Notes: a model not told the origin generated them from the letters alone. Shown: positions 18,622-27,026, counted from the stretch's first letter. The stretch: DNA of 64,000 nucleotides from Kiritimatiellia bacterium (GCA_050949565.1 JBMNFY010000017.1:1408001-1472000), one strand, 5' to 3'. Made by a program: numbers and translations.

Positions 18622-19428
18622 TTACAGAGCGTAAGGACGCACCACCTGCACGGTGAAGTCCGTCGAGCCGCGACGCAGATACCACGCACCCGCGCCGACG
18701 GGAATCTGCAGCCGTAGTCGGTGTGTACTGACCAGCCTGCGCCCACTTACCGTCCAAACCCGCGACCGTCGCGCCCTTGGCGTTCTTGCCGTTGCTCATG
18801 TAGTAGATGTCGTAGCCGCCCGCGCATTCTGGATCTGAATCATATCGGCGGTAGCCGTCGTGTTTCCTTTGGTCATGCCGTCCGTGTAAGGAATGCCATC
18901 ATTGAGCGGCAGGTCGGTCGGGTAGGGGTTGGCGATGTGTTTCCACGTCAGATTGATCGGCATATCGCTCGCGGCTGTGGTGAGTGCCTGTCCCGCCACC
19001 GTGATTTTCAGTGTCGAGCTAGGGTTGCGCGCGTTGTACCAGAGCGCTGTGCCAGGGGCGATCGTCGCCGTAGTCGGCGTGAATAGTGCCGCCCTGCCGC
19101 CCACTTACCGTCCAAGCCCGCGACCGTCGCGCCCTTGGCGTTCTTGCCGTTGCTCAGGTAGTAGATGTCATAGCCGCCTACCGCATTCTGAATCTGCAAG
19201 ACGTCGGCCGTTGCCGTCGTGTTTCCCTTGGTCATGCCGTCGCTGTAGGGGAAGGCGTCCTGAATGGCAATGGCACCACCGCCGACGGCCTCGAAGTTCG
19301 CCGCGACAATCGTCCACTGCTTGTCGATCGTGACGGTGTTGTACCCCACGATGTTGACGCTCTCGCACCTGGGCGTCAACCAGACCGGCAAGAGCGCATG
19401 CTGCAAATGCAGTTACTAACTTTTTCAT
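18622..19428 (-). CDS. Secreted repeat protein, cassette copy R (complete 5' end; frameshifted as assembled)
   Basis: GGAGG RBS, MKKLVTAFAACALAGLVDAQV-ESVNIVGY, the same two internal repeats as copy L; split over ORFs 19168-19434, 19008-19406, 18796-19104 and 18605-18799. Confidence 0.8.
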
Positions 19429-19580
19429 TCTCAAACCTCCAGAGAAAGTTAGGATTTAGGATTTAGGATTTAGGAGTTGGGGGCTGACGCCCTTGTTTCA
19501 ACCCGTTAAACCGCTTTCTCCCGCCTCGTTCCTTCCTCGTTTGTTTCGGAGTTTTCCTTTTCCAACTCAAAGACGCGAAC

Positions 19581-19610
19581 AGTTTACCCTGTGGTACACT
19601 GACACGTCAA
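19581..19610 (-). promoter_or_regulatory. Sigma70-type promoter driving cassette R
   Basis: Minus strand TTGACG-18 bp-TAAACT, preceded by an A-rich element. Confidence 0.65.
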
Positions 19611-20473
19611 CAACCTTTTTTGGGTAAAACTTGCCATCTTTTCCAGATTCAGGATTCCGTTGTCGGCTCCAGGTACCAAGCACTTACTCAATACCTACTA
19701 CCTGTACCTCCTGCCTATTCCTACTCCAGGGTCGTGACTCTCCGCAACGGCGTCGAACGCAGCCATATCCCGCCTTCCGACCGTGCTCCCTCGCGAATCG
19801 CCCCGGGGCACCTAGCCGCCAACCTTGACACTTGATGCTGCCAGACCGCCGGGTGTACAACAACGAAAGAATGACCAACATCCCGTCCGCCAGTCTGTCC
19901 AGCACCGCTGCCCTCTAACCTTTCTGCACCACTCCCGGAGCCCAGATCCATGTCCGTCCACTACCCACTACCACACTAATCAGACTAACTATTGCACTAA
20001 TGAACCAAGAACTCACGCACTTCTCTAGACTCGCCCTGCCTTTCTAAAACGGTGTTTTGATCCCTTTAACGGAATCGCACCCGCACCCGCGGGCACAATC
20101 CACCTTTTTTACGTCAATGGTAAGTGTAGACTAACGGACAAGGGAGCGCAAGCGGAAAACGCGGAAAAAATAAAATTTTTTTCGCCGCGTTTTCCGCAGT
20201 TAGGAGGTAGCCGCGCTATGCGCGGAGTTGTACATTTAGGAGTTAGGAGTTAGGATGTTAGGAGTTTTTAACTTCGGCGTTGGGCGTTCTGCGTTGGACG
20301 TTCTGCGTTCAGAAGCGGCGGCGCGGCCGCCGCCGGTCAAGCAGACGCTTGCCCCTCCCGGCGCTTCGCAAGTCTGGCGAAAAAATTTGGAGTGCGGCGG
20401 CAAGCGGTATTCCGCGCGACGCCGCTTTTTGAGCAGGAGTACGGCGGCAGGGCGGCGCACAAAAGACGAGGTT

Positions 20474-20775
20474 AACCTAAAAAGAGCAGTTGAACCTTCA
20501 ACTCTCTTTGGTTTCTGGTTTCAAGGTTTCAAGGTTTCATGGTTTCAGGTTTCATCCAAATCGGGATCGGGATCGCTATCGGGATCGATTGTTTAACCAC
20601 GGAACACACCGAACACACGGAAAGGCATGGCTCTGTTTCCGTGTGTTTAGTGTGTTCCGTGGTTCCAATCAGAAATGGCGTTCTGCACCAAATAGGTGCG
20701 GCGCGGATCTCAACGGAAGCCGATGTTTACGGGGCTTTGCTCAAAATCTGCATGCTCAACTGCTCTTTTTAGGTT
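20474..20775. mobile_element. MITE-like element, 302 bp, perfect 20-bp terminal inverted repeats
   Basis: AACCTAAAAAGAGCAGTTGA (20474-20493) / TCAACTGCTCTTTTTAGGTT (20756-20775); no coding capacity. Confidence 0.8.
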
Positions 20776-20908
20776 TAACGCAGAACGCAGAACGCAGAGG
20801 TGTGGCACGGGCATCTTGCCCGTGTTTTCATGGGCGGGACGCCCATGCTCCGCAGTTAGGAGTTAGGATTTAGGAGTTTTTGGCGTTGCTCGGGGGGGGG
20901 GGGGGGTT

Positions 20909-21195
20909 AACCTAAAAAGAGCAGTTGAACCTTCAACTCTCTTTGGTTTCTGGTTTCAAGGTTTCATGGTTTCATCCAAATCGGGATCGGGATCGCTATC
21001 GGGATCGATTGTTTAACCACGGAACACACCGAACACACGGAAAGGCATGGCTCTGTTTCCGTGTGTTTAGTGTGTTCCGTGGTTCCAATCAGAAATGGCG
21101 TTCTGCACCAAATAGGTGCGGCGCGGATCTCAACGGAAGCCGATGTTTACGGGGCTTTGCTCAAAATCTGCATGCTCAACTGCTCTTTTTAGGTT
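20909..21195. mobile_element. MITE-like element, second full copy (287 bp)
   Basis: Same 20-bp TIRs; differs by the number of internal GGTTTCA units; preceded by a G15 run (20892-20906). Confidence 0.8.
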
Positions 21196-21300
21196 TAACG
21201 CAGAACGCCGAACGCAGAGGTGTAGCACGGGCATCTTGCCCGTGTTTTCATGGGCGGGACGCCCATGCCACGGCTTTTTGCGCGTGAACGCCAAACGCAG

Positions 21301-21432
21301 AACGCAGAAGGAATGAAACTCCTAAATCCTAAATCCTAAATGTCAACTCAAGCGCGGCGCGCAGTTGCGCGGCGCGCTTGACGTATGCCGCTAGGGAAAC
21401 GATACTGCTGGTGCTTTGGGGATGAGAGTGTG
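21301..21432 (+). repeat. 132-bp direct duplication (second copy 21879-22010) containing a hairpin and a promoter-like motif
   Basis: TCAAGCGCG...CGCGCTTGA hairpin overlapping TTGACG-17 bp-GATACT; identical block at 21879-22010. Confidence 0.8.
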
Positions 21433-21448
21433 AGGGACTGTGACATCA

Positions 21449-21654
21449 TCCAAATCGGGATCGGGATCGCTATCGGGATCGATTGTTTAACCACGGAACA
21501 CACCGAACACACGGAAAGGCATGGCTCTGTTTCCGTGTGTTTAGTGTGTTCCGTGGTTCCAATCAGAAATTGCGTTCTGCACCAAATAGGTGCGGCGCGG
21601 ATCTCAACGGAAGCCGATGTTTACGGGGCTTTGCTCAACTGCTCTTTTTAGGTT
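21449..21654. mobile_element. Partial copy of the MITE-like element (right TIR only)
   Basis: Internal modules plus CAACTGCTCTTTTTAGGTT; followed by two REP doublets at about 21680-21730 and 21792-21841. Confidence 0.75.
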
Positions 21655-22021
21655 TAACGCAGAACGCAGAACGCAGAGGTGTAGCACGGGCATCCTGCCC
21701 GTGTTTTCATGGGCGGGACGCCCATGCCACGGCTTTTTGCGCGTGAACGCCGAACGTAGAACGCAGAACGCAAAACGCCGAACGCAGAGGTGTGGCACGG
21801 GCATCTTGCCCGTGTTTTCATGGGCGGGACGCCCATGCCACGGCTTTTTGCGGCGTGAACGCAGAACGCAGAACGCAGAACGCAGAAGGAATGAAACTCC
21901 TAAATCCTAAATCCTAAATGTCAACTCAAGCGCGGCGCGCAGTTGCGCGGCGCGCTTGACGTATGCCGCTAGGGAAACGATACTGCTGGTGCTTTGGGGA
22001 TGAGAGTGTGGGCGACTAAGT

Positions 22022-22741
22022 GTGAGGAATAGTGTGATGGCCTATAGACTACGTTTGTTTATCGCAGTAATGATGTGTCCGGTGTTGCTGTGCGCTAAGG
22101 CTGCGCCGGAACCGCGCTGGATTGCGGCGGAGCTGCCGGCACCGGCGGAGGAGCCGACGCGCTTTTTGCGGACGTTTCATCTGGCGCATGCGCCTGCAAG
22201 GACCTGGGTGCGTGTCCACGCACACGACCGCTATCGCCTGATTGTGAATGCGCATCCGGTGAGCGTGGGCGATACGACATGGGATGCGGAGACGTATGAT
22301 ATCTCGTCGTTCGCGACGGTCGGCACGAATAGGATCGAGATCGCCGCCGATGCTGATACGCAGAGCCCCGCCAATTGTTTTGTCTGGCTACGACGGCGTT
22401 TGCCGGCACCGGCGGCGTTCGAGCGGCTCAGCTTCCGGACGCGCGACGCGCGTCGGGAGGAGTGGCTCTATATCGAGGTGGTTGACGACAAGGGACGCAC
22501 CTCGGGGTTTTACTGCGTGGAGCGGCGCGGCGCGACCTGCTTTGCCGTGGCGCGCCTTTGTCCGGAGCGTGTGCGCCGTCAGGCGGAAAAGCGGCCGGCA
22601 CGCGTCAAGGATCGCAAGGGGGCCTGGATCGTGCTCGATGGCTTCCGGCCCGAGGATCTCGGGCCGCACGAGGCTTCGCTGCCGCCGGTCGGTGACGCGA
22701 TGCGGCTTGTGTTTAAGGGGCGGGAGGTGCGAGTGAAGTGA
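22022..22741 (+). pseudogene. Probably truncated secreted glycosidase (alpha-L-rhamnosidase N-terminal-like domain only)
   Basis: Signal peptide, then RWI...FLRTFHL...VRVHAHDRYRLIVNAHPV...ETYDISSFATVGTNRIEIAA; no catalytic domain in 239 aa. Confidence 0.5.
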
Positions 22742-23011
22742 GGATTTAGGATTTAGGATTTAGGAGTTGTGGCATGGGCGTCCCGCCCATGAAACACGGG
22801 CAAGATGCCCGTGCCACACTTGCAGACAAGGGGTTTTGCAAGCCCCTCTTGGGTGAGGAGTGAGGAGATGGCGGCGTAAACGCCGCCCACAGAACCATGG
22901 CGGCGTGGACGCCGCCCACAGAACTGTGGCGCTTTTTGAGCCGCTGCGTGGTCGCAATAAGGCGCGGATGGCGCTTGAAACCCTCATGCGTAACCTTTAA
23001 ACTACGGGCCT

Positions 23012-23788
23012 ATGGAAATGAACAAACGTAAGCTTATGTTGGTCGATGACGACCCGGGCCTGCTCGACGTTCTGGGCGACTTTCTGTCGTTCGAAGGTTT
23101 CGAGGTGCTGTGCGCCGTGAGCGGCGAGGATGCGTTGGTGAAGATGCGTCCCTTCCAGCCTGACCTCATCATCCTCGATATGGGCATGCCCGGTATGGGC
23201 GGGACGGGATTTCTCGACCGCATCACTAATCCCGACGGGCTCACGCTCTATCCGGTGCTGGTTTTGACGGCGCGCTCTTCGATGGCCGAGTACTTTGCCG
23301 ATAAGCAGATCGCTGGTTTTCTGGCGAAGCCTTGCGATCCGTCGGACCTGTTGATGGAGGTCAACCGTATCCTGTTCGAGACCGCCGGTGCCGGACACGT
23401 CGCGGCAAGCGCGCCTGCGTTGCGTCGCTTGGTGGTCGCGGAACATGACGCTGTCCTGCGGCAGAAGCTGGAGGTCGAGTTCATACAGGCGGGCTTTGAC
23501 GTGAAGGCGGTCGCTACGGGACCGGAGGCGGTCGAGGCGTGCGTCACCTTGCAGCCGCATGCCATCGTGATGCGTCTGGAACTCGCGGAGATGAGCGCGG
23601 ATGAGGTCGTCGCCATGCTGCGACGTCTCCCGACCACGCGCGAAACGCCAGCGATCGTCTACGGCATGGACCTGCCGGAAGCGCAGCTTGATCATGTGGC
23701 CAATCTCGATGTCCCGCAGACCTGCATGCTGAAGGACCTGACGGTCAACTCCATTATTGATCGGACAATGGCCGTGACGGGCGCGTGA
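23012..23788 (+). CDS. Response regulator with two receiver domains (second atypical)
   Basis: LVDDD...PDLIILDMGMPGMGG...VLTA...FLAKP. The second domain (VVAEHD...HAIVMRLELAEMSA) lacks the phospho-Asp. Promoter TTGAAA-17-TAAACT at 22975-23003. Confidence 0.88.
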   Translation: MEMNKRKLMLVDDDPGLLDVLGDFLSFEGFEVLCAVSGEDALVKMRPFQPDLIILDMGMPGMGGTGFLDRITNPDGLTLYPVLVLTARSSMAEYFADKQIAGFLAKPCDPSDLLMEVNRILFETAGAGHVAASAPALRRLVVAEHDAVLRQKLEVEFIQAGFDVKAVATGPEAVEACVTLQPHAIVMRLELAEMSADEVVAMLRRLPTTRETPAIVYGMDLPEAQLDHVANLDVPQTCMLKDLTVNSIIDRTMAVTGA

Positions 23789-23932
23789 CAAACGTCATTT
23801 AGGATTTGTGATTTAGGATTTAGGATTTAGGATTTGGCGCTTGGAACCACGGAGACACAGAGACACAGAGGTTTTTTGGGAGGCTCTGCTCCAACCGCAG
23901 GTCGCGGGTCGAATGTCGCGGGTCAACCTCTC

Positions 23933-23980
23933 TTATTGCGACCACAAAGTGGCTCGCAATCTTGAGAGTAAAAGCGCTGC
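23933..23980. repeat. 48-bp element, copy 2
   Basis: 45/48 match to 8722-8769; its last 7 nt (GCGCTGC) begin the tandem array. Confidence 0.85.
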
Positions 23981-25010
23981 TCGGGTTTGTTTAACCACAG
24001 AGAACACAGAGAGCACAGAGGGTTTTGGAGGGCATGGATGCGTTTTTTTAACGCAGAGACGCAGAGGCGCGGAGGTTTTTTGGAGGGAGCGCTGCTCGGG
24101 TTTGTTTAACCACAGAGAACACAGAGAGCACAGAGGGTTTTTGAGGGCAGGGATGCGTTTTTTTAACGCAGAGACGCAGAGGCGCGGAGGTTTTTTGGAG
24201 GGAGCGCTGCTCGGGTTTGTTTAACCACAGAGAACACAGAGAGCACAGAGGGTTTTGGAGGGCAGGGATGCGTTTTTTTAACGCAGAGACGCAGAGGCGC
24301 GGAGGTTTTTTGGAGGGAGCGCTGCTCGGGTTTGTTTAACCACAGAGAACACAGAGAGCACAGAGGGTTTTGGAGGGCATGGATGCGTTTTTTTAACGCA
24401 GAGACGCAGAGGCGCGGAGGTTTTTTGGAGGGAGCGCTGCTCGGGTTTGTTTAACCACAGAGAACACAGAGAGCACAGAGGGTTTTGGAGGGCATGGATG
24501 CGTTTTTTTAACGCAGAGACGCAGAGGCGCGGAGGTTTTTTGGAGGGAGCGCTGCTCGGGTTTGTTTAACCACAGAGAACACAGAGAGCACAGAGGGTTT
24601 TGGAGGGCATGGATGCGTTTTTTTAACGCAGAGACGCAGAGGCGCAGAGGTTTTTTGGAGGGAACGCCTGCTCGGGTTTGTTTAACCACAGAGAACACAG
24701 AGAGCACAGAGGGTTTTGGAGGGCATGGATGCGTTTTTTTAACGCAGAGACGCAGAGGCGCGGAGGTTTTTTGGAGGGAACGCCTGCTCGGGTTTGTTTA
24801 ACCACAGAGAACACAGAGAGCACAGAGGGTTTTGGAGGGCATGGATGCGTTTTTTTAACGCAGAGACGCAGAGGCGCGGAGGTTTTTTGGAGGGAGCGCT
24901 GCTCGGGTTTGTTTAACCACAGAGAACACAGAGAGCACAGAGGGTTTTGGAGGGCATGGATGCGTTTTTTTAACGCAGAGACGCAGAGGCGCAGAGGTTT
25001 TTTGGAGGGA
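23974..25010. repeat. Tandem array, 9 x 115-116 bp, no spacers
   Basis: AACCACAGAGAACACAGAGAGCACAGAG at 23993, 24108, 24223, 24338, 24453, 24568, 24684, 24800 and 24915. Confidence 0.97.
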
Positions 25011-25157
25011 GCTGCCCTGTGGGCTCTGCCGGGACTGCGGGATCTGCGAGTGGTGGCGGCGTGACCGCCGCCGGGCTGTGCGCTGGCGACTAAGTGTGAG
25101 AAACTAAGTGTGAGAAACTCCCAACTCCTAAATCCTAAATCCTAACTGTAAACTCCC

Positions 25158-25604
25158 ATGCGTTGTCCCAAATGTGGCCATTTAGATGATAAGGTGCTGG
25201 ACAGCCGCGCGGCGCGTGAAGGCGCGTCGATCCGTCGGCGGCGGCAGTGTCTTGCTTGTGAGCATCGCTTCACGACTTACGAAGAGATCGTGAAGGACGA
25301 GCTGCGCGTGGTCAAACACGATGGCCGGCGCGAAGAGTTCAGCCGGGAGAAACTTGTGCGCGGCCTGATGCGCGCCTGCGAAAAGCGTCCGATCAGCGCG
25401 GATCAAATACGTGATTTGGTCGATCAGGTCGTCGAAAGCTTCGAAGGCGAGAGCGAAGTGACGACGGAAAAAATCGGACAGGCGGTGATGGCGCGGCTGC
25501 ACCGGCTTGATGATGTGGCCTATATCCGCTTTGCTTCGGTCTACCGCCGCTTCGCTGATGTCAACCAGTTCTTGCAAGCGGTCAAGGATATGGTGGAGAA
25601 GTAA
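25158..25604 (+). CDS. nrdR: Transcriptional repressor NrdR
   Basis: MRCPKC...KVLDSR...IRRRRQCLACEHRFTTYE, ATP cone, DDVAYIRFASVYRRF. Confidence 0.97.
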   Translation: MRCPKCGHLDDKVLDSRAAREGASIRRRRQCLACEHRFTTYEEIVKDELRVVKHDGRREEFSREKLVRGLMRACEKRPISADQIRDLVDQVVESFEGESEVTTEKIGQAVMARLHRLDDVAYIRFASVYRRFADVNQFLQAVKDMVEK

Positions 25605-25607
25605 ATT

Positions 25608-26581
25608 TGGGATTTAGGATTTGGAACCATGAAACACATGAAACTTCATGAAAATCAGAGGCTGCCCCTTGCCGCACAGAGCGCGACCCGCGCTATGTGT
25701 GGAGTTAGAAATTTAGGATTTAGGATTTGGAACCATGAAACACATGAAACTTCATGAAAATCAGAGGCTGCCCCTTGCCGCACAGAGCGCGACCCGCGCT
25801 ATGTGTGGAGTTAGAAATTTAGGATTTAGGATTTGGAACCATGAAACACATGAAACTTCATGAAAATCAGAGGCTGCCCCTTGCCGCACAGAGCGCGACC
25901 CGCGCTATGTGTGGAGTTAGAAATTTAGGATTTAGGATTTGGAACCATGAAACACATGAAACTTCATGAAAATCAGAGGCTGCCCCTTGCCGCACAGAGC
26001 GCGACCCGCGCTATGTGTGGAGTTAGAAATTTAGGATTTAGGATTTGGAACCATGAAACACATGAAACTTCATGAAAATCAGAGGCTGCCCCTTGCCGCA
26101 CAGAGCGCGACCCGCGCTATGTGTGGAGTTAGAAATTTAGGATTTAGGATTTGGAACCATGAAACACATGAAACTTCATGAAAATCAGAGGCTGCCCCTT
26201 GCCGCACAGAGCGCGACCCGCGCTATGTGTGGAGTTAGAAATTTAGGATTTAGGATTTGGAACCATGAAACACATGAAACTTCATGAAAAGCAGAGGCTG
26301 CCCCTTGCCGCACAGAGCGCGACCCGCGCTATGTGTGGAGTTAGAAATTTAGGATTTAGGATTTGGAACCATGAAACACATGAAACTTCATGAAAATCAG
26401 AGGCTGCCCCTTGCCGCACAGAGCGCGACCCGCGCTATGTGTGGAGTTAGAAATTTAGGATTTAGGATTTGGAACCATGAAACACATGAAACTTCATGAA
26501 AAGCAGAGGCTGCCCCTTGCCGCACAGAGCGCGACCCGCGCTATGTGTGGAGTTAGAAATTTAGGATTTAGGATTTAGGAT
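25608..26581. repeat. Tandem array, 9 x 106 bp, no spacers
   Basis: AACCATGAAACACATGAAACTTCATGAAAA at 25625, 25731, 25837, 25943, 26049, 26155, 26261, 26367 and 26473; units 7 and 9 share one T>G variant. Confidence 0.97.
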
Positions 26582-26941
26582 TTGTACAAGTTGACTGTCT
26601 ATATTCCGGAGTCGCATCTTGAGGTTGTGAAGGATGCGCTGTTTGCTGCGGGGGCCGGACGTTACGCCGCCTATGACCGTTGCTGCTGGCAGGTGCTGGG
26701 CCAGGGGCAGTTCCGTCCGCTCGCTGGCAGTGATCCGTTCATCGGGACACAGGACCAAGAGGAGCGTCTGCCCGAGTACCGTGTCGAGATGATCTGCGCC
26801 GATGATGTGGTCGCTGCGGTAACGGATGCGCTGCGCGCCGCGCATCCCTATGAGGAGCCGGCGTTTGATTTTGTGCGCTGCTCGGGTGTCGGCTCTGCCG
26901 GGACTGCCGGTGATGCGACGCATGCGCCGACGCACTCCTAA
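26582..26941 (+). CDS. YqfO/NIF3-insert-like (PII-like) small protein
   Basis: YKLTVYIPESHLEVVKDALFAAGAG...YDRCCW...GQFRPLAGSDPFIG...ALRAAHPYEEPAFD. Confidence 0.85.
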   Translation: MYKLTVYIPESHLEVVKDALFAAGAGRYAAYDRCCWQVLGQGQFRPLAGSDPFIGTQDQEERLPEYRVEMICADDVVAAVTDALRAAHPYEEPAFDFVRCSGVGSAGTAGDATHAPTHS

Positions 26942-26958
26942 ATCCTTGTCTATAAATT

Positions 26959-27026
26959 GACAGGATTACATGATTTACATGATTTTCAGGATTGAATAAC
27001 ATCATGTTAATCATGTAATCATGTCC
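26959..27026. repeat. Inverted triple-repeat motif
   Basis: GACAGGATTACATGATTTACATGATT ... ATCATGTTAATCATGTAATCATGTC; related remnant at about 50695-50720. Confidence 0.7.

Noticed and set aside
15579-19428. Diversity-generating retroelement (Avd-like fold gene next to two similar copies)
   Set aside because: No reverse transcriptase in the window, and the differences between copies are not confined to adenines or to a short variable region.
20892-20906. G15 run as a phase-variation tract
   Set aside because: Not within a gene or identifiable promoter; homopolymer length is unreliable.
20255-21910. Short ORFs in repeat regions (also 10814-11092 and 23841-25064)
   Set aside because: Translations of non-coding repeats; no RBS and no family motifs.
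23974-26581. CRISPR arrays
   Set aside because: Units are 106-116 bp and near-identical along their whole length; there are no unique spacers and no cas genes.
9361-26581. Telomere repeats or eukaryotic contamination (TTAGGA resembles TTAGGG/TTTAGGG)
   Set aside because: Short internal tracts between clearly bacterial genes; other unrelated heptamers behave in the same way.
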